Source of the DNA: an uncultured Oxalobacteraceae bacterium | Lineage (GTDB): Bacteria; Pseudomonadota; Gammaproteobacteria; Burkholderiales; Burkholderiaceae_D | Length of the DNA stretch: 64,000 nucleotides | Assembly (NCBI GenBank): GCA_903914535.1 | Contig: CAIWPG010000277.1 | Location: forward strand, 393-64,392 | Direction of reading: 5' to 3' | In this document: positions 44,053 through 55,474 of the stretch, one piece after another | Position numbering within the stretch: the first letter of the stretch is position 1 | How the letters are laid out: each line of letters begins with the position of its first letter | Made by a program: the position numbers and the translations under genes | The notes under the pieces: model-generated | The model's database searches: none | What the model was told of the DNA's origin: nothing | What the model saw: the letters and a program-made list of their open reading frames with translations, nothing else

Positions 44053-45261
44053 ATGAATGTGAGTACGGTAAACATTGTTATTGTTGGCGCAGCGCGTACC
44101 CCTATGGGGGCATTTCAGGGTGATTTTTCATCGTTAACGGCAAGTCAGCTGGGTGCCGTGGCCATTAAAGCGGCGTTGGAACGTGCCGGTGTTGCACCTG
44201 AGTCGGTAAATGAAGTGGTATTCGGTAATTGCTTAATGGCAGGGCAGGGGCAAGCTCCTGCACGTCAGGCTGCGCTGGCCGCCGGTTTACCCGTATCGGT
44301 AGGCGCGGTGACTTTATCTAAAATGTGCGGCTCTGCGATGAAGGCAACTATGATTGCCTGTGATTCTATTCTTGCCGGGTCGAACGAGGTGGTGGTTGCC
44401 GGTGGTATGGAATCGATGACGAATGCACCTTATCTTCTGCCAAAAGCACGCGGCGGTTTTCGTATCGGTCATGGTCAGGTGTTAGATCATATGATGCTGG
44501 ATGGCCTGGAAGATGCGTACAGCCGCGATGAAAAAACCGGTGGCGGCCGTTCGATGGGAACCTTTGCGGAAGAGTGCGCGGCTAAATATGAATTTACCCG
44601 TGCGGATCAGGATGCATTTGCGATTGAGTCTGTTACTCGTGCGCAAACTGCCGCTGCTGATGGTTCCTTTGCCTGGGAAATTGCACCGGTGACAGTGAAG
44701 GGACGTGCCGGTGATGTGGTGATTGATAAAGATGAAGGTCCTTTAAAAGCCCGATTGGATAAAATTCCTAATTTAAAACCGGCGTTTAAGAAGGACGGCA
44801 CTATTACCGCCGCATCTTCTTCCTCTATTAATGATGGCGCTGCTGCACTGGTGCTGATGAGTGAAGAAACTGCGAAAAAACTGGGATGTACAATTCTGGC
44901 ACGTGTCGTCGGCTATGCCACACATGCACAGGAACCATCCTGGTTCTCTACGGCGCCAGTCGGTTCTATGGAAAAATTATTTAAGAAAATAGGCTGGACT
45001 GTTGGTGACGTGGATTTATTTGAAATCAATGAAGCGTTTGCTACCGTGCCTATGGCAGCGATGAAGGAATTTGGTATCCCGCACAGCAAAGTCAATGTAC
45101 ACGGCGGTGCCTGTGCTTTGGGGCATCCTATCGGTGCATCCGGTGCGCGTATTATTTGTACTTTGCTCGGCGCGCTGAGAAAACATAAGCTGAAACGTGG
45201 CGTTGCTTCTTTGTGTATCGGCGGCGGTGAAGCGACAGCTCTGGCGATTGAGTTAGTTTAG
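44053..45261 (+). CDS. Acetyl-CoA acyltransferase (thiolase)
   Basis: KMCGS, EINEAF, GHPIGASG, CIGGG. Confidence 0.96.
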   Translation: MNVSTVNIVIVGAARTPMGAFQGDFSSLTASQLGAVAIKAALERAGVAPESVNEVVFGNCLMAGQGQAPARQAALAAGLPVSVGAVTLSKMCGSAMKATMIACDSILAGSNEVVVAGGMESMTNAPYLLPKARGGFRIGHGQVLDHMMLDGLEDAYSRDEKTGGGRSMGTFAEECAAKYEFTRADQDAFAIESVTRAQTAAADGSFAWEIAPVTVKGRAGDVVIDKDEGPLKARLDKIPNLKPAFKKDGTITAASSSSINDGAAALVLMSEETAKKLGCTILARVVGYATHAQEPSWFSTAPVGSMEKLFKKIGWTVGDVDLFEINEAFATVPMAAMKEFGIPHSKVNVHGGACALGHPIGASGARIICTLLGALRKHKLKRGVASLCIGGGEATALAIELV

Positions 45262-45313
45262 TTGTTTTAGCAGTGCTTGCCGGTTTTCCGGCTTAAGTTA
45301 ACCAGGCGGCGGA

Positions 45314-45340
45314 AAGAAGCAGGCTTTTGGCCTGCTTCTT
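45314..45340 (+). terminator. Hairpin after the thiolase gene
   Basis: AAGAAGCAGGC-TTTTG-GCCTGCTTCTT. Confidence 0.7.
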
Positions 45341-45353
45341 GTTTATATTAATT

Positions 45354-45455
45354 TAGGACTTACGCAAAACCGCTCCGGCGATGTTATTACCGTCAGAGCC
45401 CCCTGTGATTACCTCCGGTGGTGATTGATGCGGGAACGATTTTACCTAAGTGCTA
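45354..45455. mobile_element. Degenerate ~100-bp MITE-like element
   Basis: Ends TAGGACTTACGCAAAAC and ATTTTACCTAAGTGCTA match 13/17 as inverted repeats; TA at both termini; non-coding. Confidence 0.5.
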
Positions 45456-45470
45456 TAACTGAAAAAAATT

Positions 45471-46604
45471 ATGATCCTGACTTCCGAACATCAAATGATA
45501 CGCGATGCATTGCGCGATTTTTCTCAAGAGTGCCTGTTGCCGAACGCGGCACGCTGGGATAAAGAAAGCCATTTTCCTAAAGAAGAGTTGGCTCAGCTAG
45601 CGCAATTGGGCGCTTTTGGCGTTGCCGTTCCGGAGCAATGGGGTGGTGCGGGACTGGATTATTTATCATTGGCGTTGGTGCTTGAAGAAATTGCTGCCGG
45701 TGATGGCGGCACCTCGACAGTTATTTCTGTCAATAATTGTCCTGTGTGTTCGATTGCGATGATGTACGCTAACGAAGCACAAAAACAGCAGTGGCTGCGT
45801 CCTCTGGCGCAAGGTGCCATGCTGGGCGCTTTTTGCCTGACTGAACCGCATGTTGGCAGCGATGCCGGCGCATTGCGTACGACGGCGGTGCGTGAAGGTG
45901 ACGAGTATGTGATTAATGGCGTTAAGCAATTTATCACCAGCGGTAAACATGCCGATGTAGCGATTGTTATGGCGGTGACGGATAAAGCGGCAGGTAAAAA
46001 AGGCATCAGTGCTTTTTGGGTACCAACGACCAATCCTGGTTATATTGTGGCGCGCCTGGAAGAGAAATTGGGACAACACTCTTCCGATACGGCACAAATT
46101 TTGTTTGAAAATTGCCGGATTCCTGCTGAAAATTTAATCGGACAAGAAGGTCAGGGCTATAAAATTGCCTTATCCGGTCTGGAAGGCGGGCGTATTGGCA
46201 TCGCTTCACAATCGCTTGGTATGGCACGCGCGGCATTTGACGCTGCCCTGGCATACGCTAAAGAACGTGAAAGTTTTGGTAAGCCTATTTTTGAACATCA
46301 GGCCGTGCAATTTAAGCTGGCAGATATGGCAACGCAGATTGAAGCGGCACGTCAGTTGATCTGGCATGCTGCCAGTATGAAGGATGCTGGTTTGCCATGC
46401 CTGAAAGAAGCGGCGATGGCGAAATTGTTTGCTTCGGAAATGGCGGAACGGATTTGTTCGGACGCTATACAGATACATGGTGGTTATGGCGTAGTCAGTG
46501 ATTTCCCGGTTGAGCGTATTTATCGTGATGTGCGGGTATGCCAGATTTACGAAGGCACGTCCGAAATTCAAAAAATCATTATCGGGCGGGCACTGGCCGC
46601 ATAG
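45471..46604 (+). CDS. Acyl-CoA dehydrogenase
   Basis: FCLTEPHVGSD, GRIGIA, QIHGGYG, IYEGTSEIQ. Confidence 0.95.
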   Translation: MILTSEHQMIRDALRDFSQECLLPNAARWDKESHFPKEELAQLAQLGAFGVAVPEQWGGAGLDYLSLALVLEEIAAGDGGTSTVISVNNCPVCSIAMMYANEAQKQQWLRPLAQGAMLGAFCLTEPHVGSDAGALRTTAVREGDEYVINGVKQFITSGKHADVAIVMAVTDKAAGKKGISAFWVPTTNPGYIVARLEEKLGQHSSDTAQILFENCRIPAENLIGQEGQGYKIALSGLEGGRIGIASQSLGMARAAFDAALAYAKERESFGKPIFEHQAVQFKLADMATQIEAARQLIWHAASMKDAGLPCLKEAAMAKLFASEMAERICSDAIQIHGGYGVVSDFPVERIYRDVRVCQIYEGTSEIQKIIIGRALAA

Positions 46605-46694
46605 TTTGCCGATGTACAAATACAAATACAAATCAGATCAACTGCCGTTGCGTAGGTAAATCGCCCGGCAAATAGCATGATGACAGGGATAAAA

Positions 46695-47300
46695 ATGGAC
46701 TCAGCAATTAAGTTTTATTTTGATTTTTCATCACCGTATGGCTATTTTGCCGCCATGAAGATTGAGGCATTGGCAAGCAACTATGGTCGCCGGCTTGAGT
46801 GGCATCCGATTTTGCTGGGGGTGGTATTTAAAACTACCGGTAGTGTGCCTCTGACTCAGATTCCGATCAAAGGTAATTATGCGGTGCATGATATTGCCCG
46901 CACGGCCAGGTTTCATGGCATTCCCTATCAGCACCCGTCGGTATTTCCATTGGCAACACAACATGCTGCGCGTGCCATGTTATGGGTACGGACTACTTAT
47001 GGTGATAACAAGGCGGTCGAGTTTGCTAAAGCGGTTTATCACGCGTATTTCGTGAGCGGTGCGGATGTGAGTCAATCTGATTTTATTGTGCAATTGGCGA
47101 CCAGTCTTGGGGTAGATGGCTGCGCATTAGAAGCCGGTATGGCGGGCGCACCGGTCAAAGATCAGTTGCGGGCTGAAACGGCACTGGCAATGGAGCAAGG
47201 CGTGTTTGGTTCGCCATTTATGATCGTTGATGGCGAGAGCTTTTGGGGCTTTGACCGCTTTGATCAAATGGAAGAATTATTGAAAAATGGCAAAATATAA
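46695..47300 (+). CDS. 2-hydroxychromene-2-carboxylate isomerase / DsbA-like (GST kappa) protein
   Basis: FYFDFSSPYGY; GVFGSP..VDGE.FWGFDR; alternative start 46677. Confidence 0.9.
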   Translation: MDSAIKFYFDFSSPYGYFAAMKIEALASNYGRRLEWHPILLGVVFKTTGSVPLTQIPIKGNYAVHDIARTARFHGIPYQHPSVFPLATQHAARAMLWVRTTYGDNKAVEFAKAVYHAYFVSGADVSQSDFIVQLATSLGVDGCALEAGMAGAPVKDQLRAETALAMEQGVFGSPFMIVDGESFWGFDRFDQMEELLKNGKI

Positions 47301-47688
47301 ATCCGGCAACAAGCTGTTACTGGTTTGCCCGTGTGACTCCGGGCTGGATTTTTTAGTGTGTTGTTCGCCTTTTTTATCGGGACTGGCACCGGCACCGGAT
47401 GCCCGTGCGCTTATGCGTTCCCGCTATACGGCATATACACGGGATGATCAGGCTTATATACAAGCCAGCTGGCACCCTGACACGCGTCCGGCCATCGTGT
47501 CGGAGCAGGAGCCTTGTCAGTGGCTGGGTTTACGGGTGATTTCACATCAACAGGATGGCGCAACGGCCACTGTTGAATTTATCGCCAGATATAAGGTTGG
47601 TGGTCGTGCCGGTCGCATGCATGAGCTAAGTCGCTTTGTTTGCGAAGACGGCCATTGGTACTACGTAGATGGGACTTTCCCGGATTAA
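47287..47688 (+). CDS. ychJ: YchJ (SEC-C motif/NTF2-like) protein
   Basis: CPCDSG..CC, LMRSRYTAY, VEFIARY, W.YVDG. Confidence 0.9.
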   Translation: MAKYKSGNKLLLVCPCDSGLDFLVCCSPFLSGLAPAPDARALMRSRYTAYTRDDQAYIQASWHPDTRPAIVSEQEPCQWLGLRVISHQQDGATATVEFIARYKVGGRAGRMHELSRFVCEDGHWYYVDGTFPD

Positions 47689-47712
47689 CTTCAACGAATC
47701 GGTAAAAAAATA

Positions 47713-49317
47713 ATGAAAATAGAATCGAGACTGGCACCACGCTCAGAAGAATTTAAAGCTAACGCGGCTGCTATGCAGGCCGTCGTTGATGACCTGAAGT
47801 TAAAAATTGAAAAAATTATGCAGGGCGGTGGTGAGAGTGCGCGTAATAAGCATTTATCACGTGGAAAGTTACTGCCGCGTGATCGCGTGCAGATGTTGTT
47901 AGATCCCGGTACGCCCTTCTTAGAATTTTCGCAATTGGCTGCTTATGGGATGTATCACGATGCAGCACCCTGTGCCGGGGTAATAACTGGTATTGGTCGT
48001 ATTTCCGGGCAAGAGTGCGTGATCGTGTGTAACGATGCAACGGTCAAAGGCGGAACGTATTATCCGATGACGGTGAAAAAGCATTTGCGCGCGCAAGAGA
48101 TTGCCGAGCAAAACAAATTGCCTTGTATTTATCTGGTTGATAGCGGTGGTGCCAATTTGCCGAACCAGGATGAGGTGTTTCCGGATCGGGATCATTTTGG
48201 TCGTATTTTCTATAATCAGGCAAATTTGTCGGCACAGGGCGTGCCGCAAATTGCTGTTGTGATGGGGTCGTGTACTGCCGGTGGTGCTTATGTACCGGCA
48301 ATGAGCGATGAATCCATTATTGTGAAAAATCAGGGGACGATATTTTTGGGTGGCCCTCCGCTGGTGAAAGCGGCTACCGGTGAAGTCGTCAGTGCGGAAG
48401 ATCTCGGTGGCGGTGATGTACATACCCGTGTGTCTGGCGTGGTCGATCATCTGGCGCAAAATGATCTGCATGCCCTGTCGCTGGCACGCACCATGGTGGG
48501 TAATCTGAACCGGCAAAAACCGGTTACAGTGCGTTTGCAGGACGCTGTTGAGCCTGCTTATCCTGCCAGTGAATTATATGGCGTTATCCCCGTCGATACC
48601 CGTAAACCGTTTGATGTACGTGAAGTTATTGCCCGTGTTGTGGATGGTAGTGTCTTTGATGAATTCAAAGCCCGTTACGGCACGACGCTGGTATGTGGCT
48701 TTGCACATATACATGGTATGCCGGTGGGTATTATTGCGAATAACGGGATTTTGTTTTCCGAATCGGCATTAAAAGGAACGCATTTTATTGAGTTGTGTTG
48801 TCAGCGTAAAATTCCTTTGGTTTTCTTGCAAAATATCACCGGTTTTATGGTGGGTCGCAAATATGAAAATGAAGGCATTGCGCGTAACGGCGCCAAAATG
48901 GTGACTGCCGTTGCTACCGCCGCCGTGCCTAAGTTTACCGTGATTATTGGCGGTAGTTTTGGCGCCGGAAACTATGGCATGTGTGGTCGTGCATTTTCTC
49001 CGCGGTTTTTATGGATGTGGCCGAATGCACGAATTTCAGTCATGGGTGGTGAGCAGGCCGCCAGTGTGCTGGCAACAGTGAAACGCGATGGCATAGAAGC
49101 CCGTGGCGGTGTCTGGTCAGCGGAAGAAGAAGCGCAATTTAAGCAACCCGTTAAAGAACAATACGAACATCAGGGGCATCCGTATTATGCCAGTGCACGT
49201 TGCTGGGATGATGGTGTGATTGATCCTGCAGATACCCGCATGGTATTGGGCCTGGGCTTATCTGCGGCATTGAATGCACCGATACCGGATACCCGTTTTG
49301 GTTTGTTCCGGATGTAA
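47713..49317 (+). CDS. liuB: 3-methylcrotonyl-CoA carboxylase carboxyltransferase subunit
   Basis: [30 protein letters not shown]. Confidence 0.95.
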   Translation: MKIESRLAPRSEEFKANAAAMQAVVDDLKLKIEKIMQGGGESARNKHLSRGKLLPRDRVQMLLDPGTPFLEFSQLAAYGMYHDAAPCAGVITGIGRISGQECVIVCNDATVKGGTYYPMTVKKHLRAQEIAEQNKLPCIYLVDSGGANLPNQDEVFPDRDHFGRIFYNQANLSAQGVPQIAVVMGSCTAGGAYVPAMSDESIIVKNQGTIFLGGPPLVKAATGEVVSAEDLGGGDVHTRVSGVVDHLAQNDLHALSLARTMVGNLNRQKPVTVRLQDAVEPAYPASELYGVIPVDTRKPFDVREVIARVVDGSVFDEFKARYGTTLVCGFAHIHGMPVGIIANNGILFSESALKGTHFIELCCQRKIPLVFLQNITGFMVGRKYENEGIARNGAKMVTAVATAAVPKFTVIIGGSFGAGNYGMCGRAFSPRFLWMWPNARISVMGGEQAASVLATVKRDGIEARGGVWSAEEEAQFKQPVKEQYEHQGHPYYASARCWDDGVIDPADTRMVLGLGLSAALNAPIPDTRFGLFRM

Positions 49318-49356
49318 TATTCAGTCAATTAAAGCAAAGATATATACGGAGACGAT

Positions 49357-50151
49357 ATGAGCTATGAGACGATTTTGCTTGATATTAAGCGTGGTGCAGC
49401 GACGGTGACCTTAAACCGGCCTGAAGTCCGTAACGCGTTTAATGAGACGGTAATTGCTGAGTTGACGGAAGTGTTCGGGCTGCTCGGACAAGACCCGGAT
49501 GTGCGGGTCATTGTGCTGGCGGCAGGCAGTCCGGCATTTTGTGCCGGTGCTGATTTGAATGTCATGAAAAAAATGGCCTTGTATTCGCAGGAAGAAAATC
49601 TGGCGGATGCACAAGCTATGGCGGAAATGCTGCATCAGATTTTTGCCTGTCCTAAACCGGTGGTCGCCAAAATTCATGGTGACTGTTATGCCGGTGGTAT
49701 GGGGCTGGTGGCAGCATGCGATATTTCTGTGGCAACGGATACGGTGCAGTTTTGTCTGAGCGAAGTGAAACTGGGTCTGATTCCGGCAACGATTTCACCT
49801 TATGTAATCCGGGCGATGGGCGCCAATGCGGCACGTCGTTATTTTGTAACTGCAGAGCGTTTTTCTGCTAAAGAAGCACATCGGATTGGTTTTATCCATG
49901 AAGTTGTGGCCGCAGAGGAGCTGGATGCGACTGTTGCACGGATTGTTCGCGCTATTGCCGATGCCAGTCCGAATGCCGTGTTGGAAGCGAAGTGGCTGGT
50001 ACAAGATGTGACGGGTATGGAAATTGACGAGAATTTACTGGCGTATACTGCGGAACGCATTGCTGCCATCCGTACTTCGGATGAAGGCCGGGAAGGGATT
50101 AGTTCCTTTCTTGAAAAGCGCAAGCCTGAGTGGCTGCTGCCGGAAGAGTAA
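49357..50151 (+). CDS. liuC: Enoyl-CoA hydratase family, probably methylglutaconyl-CoA hydratase
   Basis: LNRPEVRNAF, FCAGADL, LSEVKLGLIPATISPY; context. Confidence 0.88.
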   Translation: MSYETILLDIKRGAATVTLNRPEVRNAFNETVIAELTEVFGLLGQDPDVRVIVLAAGSPAFCAGADLNVMKKMALYSQEENLADAQAMAEMLHQIFACPKPVVAKIHGDCYAGGMGLVAACDISVATDTVQFCLSEVKLGLIPATISPYVIRAMGANAARRYFVTAERFSAKEAHRIGFIHEVVAAEELDATVARIVRAIADASPNAVLEAKWLVQDVTGMEIDENLLAYTAERIAAIRTSDEGREGISSFLEKRKPEWLLPEE

Positions 50152-50265
50152 ACAGGTGGCTGCTTAGTATAATAGGAGTTAACTATAAAATTCCTCTGGT
50201 GCGGCATACGCCGCTGGGGCAATTTTGGATAATTCTTATACAGTCTACATAAAAAGGAAGTCACC

Positions 50266-51597
50266 TTGACGTCAGGTAATAATTGGATAGCGCGTAGCTT
50301 GCAGCACGTCTGGCATCCCTGTACACAAATGCAGCACCATGAGAACGCAGAGACGGGAACCCCGTTGATGCCGATAAACCGTGGCCGTGGTGCCTGGTTG
50401 TACGATGCAGATGATAAACCTTATCTGGATGCGATCAGTTCGTGGTGGGTTAATTTATTTGGTCATGCTAATCCGCGTATTAATGCTGCGATAAAAGATC
50501 AGCTTGATAAGCTGGAGCATGTCATGCTGGCCGGATGTACTCACGAGCCCGTGATTATGTTGTCTGAGCAATTAGCGGCAAAAACCGGTCATGCACTCGG
50601 TCATTGTTTTTATGCATCGGATGGTGCTTCGGCAGTAGAAATTGCTTTAAAAATGAGCTTTCACAGCTGGCGCAATCAGGGACTGGCAGACAAACGTGAA
50701 TTTGTGTGTCTGAAGGGAGGTTATCACGGTGAAACGATAGGTGCACTGGCTGTGACTGATGTGGCTATATTCCGGGATGCTTACGGTCCCTTGCTGAATG
50801 CGGCGCATGTCGTGATGTCACCGGATGCACGGCAGGCACATGACGGTGAAAGTGCTGCGGATGTGGCGCGTCGTGCGATTGCCGATGTAGAGACTTTATT
50901 TATTTCCCGGGCGGATAGCATTGCTGCGATGATTGTGGAACCGCTGGTGCAGTGTGCGACAGGGTTTGCGATGTACGACCCTGTGTATTTGCAGTTATTG
51001 CGCGAATTGTGTGACCGTTATCGCGTGCATCTGATTGCCGATGAAATTGCTGTTGGCTGTGGTCGTACCGGTACATTTTTTGCGTGTGAGCAAGCTGCTG
51101 TCTGGCCGGATTTTTTATGTTTATCTAAGGGAATTAGTGGCGGTTATTTGCCTCTGTCTCTGGTGATGAGCACCGATCAGATTTATCAGACCTTTTATCA
51201 CCATGACATAAGGCGTGGATTTTTACATTCTCATTCGTATACCGGCAATCCGCTGGCGTGTCGCGCGGCGCTGGCAACGCTGGCTATTTTTGATGAAGAT
51301 CAGGTCTTGGCGGCAAATAAGCTGCGTGCAGCGAAAATAACGGCGGCACTGGCTCCGCTGGCAGCCCATCCGCGCGTACAGCACTTCCGTCAGTGCGGCA
51401 TGATATGGGCGTTTGATGTTATTGGTGCTGATGCAGATTTTTCCCGGCGTTTTTTTAGCACGGCACTACAGCAGGAATTACTGTTGCGACCGATAGGCAA
51501 GACGGTGTATTTTATGCCGCCTTATATTTTGGATGATGCGGAAATCGCCTTATTGGGGCAGCGTACTTTATCGGTATTTGAGCAGGTTATTGCATGA
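50266..51597 (+). CDS. bioA: DAPA aminotransferase
   Basis: VWHPCTQ, SSWWVN, YHGET, IADEIAVG.GRTG, HSHSYTGNP; TTG start. Confidence 0.96.
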   Translation: MTSGNNWIARSLQHVWHPCTQMQHHENAETGTPLMPINRGRGAWLYDADDKPYLDAISSWWVNLFGHANPRINAAIKDQLDKLEHVMLAGCTHEPVIMLSEQLAAKTGHALGHCFYASDGASAVEIALKMSFHSWRNQGLADKREFVCLKGGYHGETIGALAVTDVAIFRDAYGPLLNAAHVVMSPDARQAHDGESAADVARRAIADVETLFISRADSIAAMIVEPLVQCATGFAMYDPVYLQLLRELCDRYRVHLIADEIAVGCGRTGTFFACEQAAVWPDFLCLSKGISGGYLPLSLVMSTDQIYQTFYHHDIRRGFLHSHSYTGNPLACRAALATLAIFDEDQVLAANKLRAAKITAALAPLAAHPRVQHFRQCGMIWAFDVIGADADFSRRFFSTALQQELLLRPIGKTVYFMPPYILDDAEIALLGQRTLSVFEQVIA

Positions 51598-52358
51598 GTG
51601 AGCGTACCCCGGAACGTGAGCCACGTGCATTTTTTGTGACGGGCACCGATACCGATGCCGGAAAAACACTGGTGTCATGTGCTTTATTGCATGGTTTTGC
51701 GCAAGCCGGACGGCGTTGTGTTGGTATGAAGCCGGTTGCTGCCGGCGCAACATTGCATGACGGTGTCTGGAATAATGACGATGTGCTGGCCTTGCAGGCG
51801 GTGAGTAATGTGGTGTTGCCGCAATCTTTGATCAATCCTTATTTGTTTCGCCTGGCAGCAGCACCGCATATTGCGGCAAAACAAGAAAACAAAACCATCG
51901 AGTTAGCCCCTGTGCTGACGGCATTTGAGGTATTAGCCGGACAAGCTGAGGTGGTGGTGGTCGAAGGTGCCGGCGGGTTCCGTGTGCCACTGAATGCACA
52001 GTTTGATATGGCTGACCTGGCGCAACAATTGAATTTGCCTGTGGTGTTAGTGGTGGGAATGCGACTGGGTTGTATCAGCCACGCATTGCTGACGGTGGAA
52101 TCCATTGCCTCACGTGGTTTGTCGCTGGCGGGTTGGGTCGCTAATTGTATTGATGATGCTATGCCGTATTTAGACGATAATATCGCAGCACTGCGAGAGC
52201 GCATATCCGCTCCCCTGCTTGGGTGTATACCCAGATTGGCGCAGCCAGTGGCAGCGGCAGCCGCTGCTTATTTGAATTTAACACCATTGTTGGCAACCCG
52301 GAGTGCCCTGGCCCGGGAGTCAATGATCAATGATGAAACAGGATTACATAATGAATGA
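51594..52358 (+). CDS. bioD: Dethiobiotin synthase
   Basis: [23 protein letters not shown]. Confidence 0.97.
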   Translation: MSERTPEREPRAFFVTGTDTDAGKTLVSCALLHGFAQAGRRCVGMKPVAAGATLHDGVWNNDDVLALQAVSNVVLPQSLINPYLFRLAAAPHIAAKQENKTIELAPVLTAFEVLAGQAEVVVVEGAGGFRVPLNAQFDMADLAQQLNLPVVLVVGMRLGCISHALLTVESIASRGLSLAGWVANCIDDAMPYLDDNIAALRERISAPLLGCIPRLAQPVAAAAAAYLNLTPLLATRSALARESMINDETGLHNE

Positions 52359-53367
52359 TATTTCTTCGCAAACAATGACGTTTATGCCGGCGGTAGCAGC
52401 TGTGCACGCAGAAACATGGCCGGTTGATGAAATCGTGGCCTTATTTGAATTGCCGTTTAATGATTTATTGTTTCGCGCACAAGAAGTGCACCGCCGTGAA
52501 TTTCCCGATGCAGATGTGGAATTGGCTACCTTGTTGTCGATAAAAACCGGTGGCTGTGAAGAAGATTGCGGTTATTGTCCGCAAGCTGCACGTTATGACA
52601 CTGGTCTGGAAGCTAAAAAAATTCTGGAAATTGCGGAAGTCATGACGGCGGCCAGATCGGCTAAAGATAGCGGAGCGACCCGTTTTTGCATGGGTGCGGC
52701 ATGGCGCTCTCCTAAAGATCGCGATATGGATAAAGTGGAAGAAATGGTGCGTGAGGTGAAGGCGCTGGGTCTGGAAACCTGCGCCACACTGGGAATGCTG
52801 AAAGAAGAGCAGGCAACGCGCTTAAAAGATGCCGGTCTGGATTACTACAATCACAATCTGGATACCGCTCCTGAATTTTATACCAATGTCATTTCTACCC
52901 GGGATTATCAGGACAGGCTGGATACCTTGGGTCATGTGCGTAATGCCGGACTTAAAGTATGCTGCGGCGGAATTGTCGGTATGGGGGAATCACGTTTGCA
53001 ACGTGCCGGACTGATTGCACAACTGGCCAATTTAAATCCGTATCCTGAATCCGTGCCGGTGAACCATTTGGTACAGGTAGAAGGTACGCCTTTATATGGC
53101 ACGGATGTACTTGATCCGCTGGAATTTGTACGGACTATCGCTGTAGCGCGTATCACCATGCCTAAAGCACGGGTGCGTTTGTCTGCGGGGCGTCGTCAAT
53201 TGGGTGAGCCGGTACAGGCGATGTGTTTTTTAGCCGGTGCTAATTCTATTTTTTATGGTGATAAATTACTGACTACCGATAATCCGGAAGCGCATGATGA
53301 CCGGATTTTGTTAGATAAACTGGGATTGAAGACACGGGGAAAAGTTGAGAGCGGCGGATGCAGCTGA
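52351..53367 (+). CDS. bioB: Biotin synthase
   Basis: CEEDCGYC radical SAM motif, YNHNLDT; start probably ATG 52351. Confidence 0.98.
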   Translation: MNDISSQTMTFMPAVAAVHAETWPVDEIVALFELPFNDLLFRAQEVHRREFPDADVELATLLSIKTGGCEEDCGYCPQAARYDTGLEAKKILEIAEVMTAARSAKDSGATRFCMGAAWRSPKDRDMDKVEEMVREVKALGLETCATLGMLKEEQATRLKDAGLDYYNHNLDTAPEFYTNVISTRDYQDRLDTLGHVRNAGLKVCCGGIVGMGESRLQRAGLIAQLANLNPYPESVPVNHLVQVEGTPLYGTDVLDPLEFVRTIAVARITMPKARVRLSAGRRQLGEPVQAMCFLAGANSIFYGDKLLTTDNPEAHDDRILLDKLGLKTRGKVESGGCS

Positions 53368-53453
53368 TGATTGTTTATCGTCGTAAGCAGTAGGGAATTT
53401 CCGCAGTAACAGCAGTGGCCCAATGTCGTATCCTACAATAATAAGGAATAACT

Positions 53454-55460
53454 ATGTTTACCAAAATTCTTATCGCTAACCGCGGTGAAATTGCTTGTCG
53501 GGTGGCGGCCACTGCGCGTCGTTTGGGCGTAAAAACTGTTGCGGTATATTCGGAGGCAGATGCGACAGCCAAGCACCTTGCTGTTTGTGATGAAGCGGTG
53601 TTGATCGGGCCGGCCGCAGCCAAAGAAAGTTACTTGTGTATTGATAAGATTATTGCCGCGGCCCTGGCTACCGGCGCACAGGCGATTCATCCTGGTTATG
53701 GATTTTTATCTGAAAACAGTGAGTTTGCCGACGCCTGCGCTAATGCCGGTTTAGTTTTTATCGGGCCGCCGGCTTCAGCGATTCGGGCAATGGGTAGTAA
53801 ATCTGCGGCTAAAACCCTGATGGAAAAAGCCGGCGTACCTCTGGTACCCGGTTATCACGGCGATAATCAGGATGCGGATTTTTTGCATGAAAAAGCAGAC
53901 GGCATGGGATATCCGGTGCTGCTTAAGGCATCGGCCGGCGGTGGTGGTAAGGGCATGCGTGTTATTGAGAATAGTGCTGATTTTAAAGCGGCGCTGGCTT
54001 CTTGCAAGCGTGAAGCTATCAGTTCATTCGGCGATGATAAGGTGTTGGCTGAGAAATACCTGATTCGTCCTCGTCATATTGAAATTCAAGTGTTTGCCGA
54101 TAGTCATGGTGGCTGTGTTTATTTATTTGAACGTGACTGCTCTGTGCAGCGTCGCCATCAAAAAGTGTTAGAAGAAGCACCTGCACCGGGTATGACGGCA
54201 GAGCGGCGCTCAGCGATGGGTGAAGCGGCAGTTGCTGCGGCCAGAGCCGTTGGCTACGTTGGCGCGGGTACGGTGGAGTTTATTGTTAATCAGGACGGTT
54301 CTTTCTATTTTATGGAAATGAATACCCGTTTGCAGGTTGAGCATCCCGTCACGGAAATGATTACCTCGACCGATCTGGTAGAGTGGCAGTTACGGGTTGC
54401 CAGCGGAGAGCCTTTACCCTTGCAGCAGGCACAGTTACGCATACACGGTCATGCACTTGAAGCGCGCGTCTATGCAGAGAATCCGGAAAAAGGATTTTTA
54501 CCTTCCATTGGTAAGCTGGTCTATGCCAGAACGCCGGCCGCAGTTAATTTTGAGTTAGGCGGCAGTGCTAATCCGGCTTCTTTCCGGATTGACAGCGGTG
54601 TGCGGGAAGGCGATACCATTTCTCCGTTCTATGATCCGATGATTGCTAAAGTCATTGTATGGGGTAAGGATCGCAACGAAGCTCTGGCGCGCATGGCGCA
54701 AGCTTTGGCGGAATATCATATTGTCGGCCTGTCTTCAAATATCGCATTTTTACAGCGGCTGGTACAAAGCCGTGCTTTTGCTACAGCGGATCTGGATACC
54801 GGTCTGATTGAACGTAATCAGGACGTCTTATTCCCTGCTCCTGTTGCATTGCCTTCATGGGTGATGGCGCTGGCAACAGCATCATTGTTGCAATCGGAAC
54901 GTCAACTCAATGTCAGTGACCCGTGGCAATCAAGTCATGGCTGGCGCATGAATGAAACTATGCATCGTCAGTGTCATTTTGAACATGAAGGCGCATCGTG
55001 TGATGTGGTGGTGAGTTATTTATCCGGTAGCTGGCTGCTGGGATATGACGGTAAGCAAGATGCCGTGCAGGTACTGGCTGTGACGGATGGTCACAGCGAT
55101 AATCAGTTACGGCTTCAGGTCGGGGATACCACGGTCAGCGGCGTGGTGGTGCGTCATGCCGAATACTTCCATGTATTTAGTCAGGGCCAGCATTACATGC
55201 TGCATTATGTCGACCCGTTGGCACATGCCGGTGAGGCTGAAGCGGAAACCGGACGTCTGACGGCACCTATGCCGGGTAAAATTGTGGCATTGCTGGTGGC
55301 TGCCGGGCAGGCCGTGAAAAAAGGTGATCCTTTGTTGATTATGGAAGCGATGAAAATGGAGCATACCATCGCGGCACCGGCGGACGGTATTGTGAAAGAA
55401 ATGATGTATGCGGTGGCAGATCAGGTTGCTGATGGCGCACAGCTGCTGGCATTTGAATAA
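53454..55460 (+). CDS. liuD: 3-methylcrotonyl-CoA carboxylase biotin carboxylase/carrier subunit
   Basis: ANRGEIA, GGGGKG, RDCSVQRRHQK, EAMKM biotinylation site. Confidence 0.95.
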   Translation: MFTKILIANRGEIACRVAATARRLGVKTVAVYSEADATAKHLAVCDEAVLIGPAAAKESYLCIDKIIAAALATGAQAIHPGYGFLSENSEFADACANAGLVFIGPPASAIRAMGSKSAAKTLMEKAGVPLVPGYHGDNQDADFLHEKADGMGYPVLLKASAGGGGKGMRVIENSADFKAALASCKREAISSFGDDKVLAEKYLIRPRHIEIQVFADSHGGCVYLFERDCSVQRRHQKVLEEAPAPGMTAERRSAMGEAAVAAARAVGYVGAGTVEFIVNQDGSFYFMEMNTRLQVEHPVTEMITSTDLVEWQLRVASGEPLPLQQAQLRIHGHALEARVYAENPEKGFLPSIGKLVYARTPAAVNFELGGSANPASFRIDSGVREGDTISPFYDPMIAKVIVWGKDRNEALARMAQALAEYHIVGLSSNIAFLQRLVQSRAFATADLDTGLIERNQDVLFPAPVALPSWVMALATASLLQSERQLNVSDPWQSSHGWRMNETMHRQCHFEHEGASCDVVVSYLSGSWLLGYDGKQDAVQVLAVTDGHSDNQLRLQVGDTTVSGVVVRHAEYFHVFSQGQHYMLHYVDPLAHAGEAEAETGRLTAPMPGKIVALLVAAGQAVKKGDPLLIMEAMKMEHTIAAPADGIVKEMMYAVADQVADGAQLLAFE

Positions 55461-55474
55461 TAAGGAGTGATCCA

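Noticed and set aside
42252-47688. aceK, HCCA isomerase and ychJ inside the liu cluster as a novelty
   Set aside because: aceK is a known LiuR-regulon member in betaproteobacteria, and I recall this gene order as common there.
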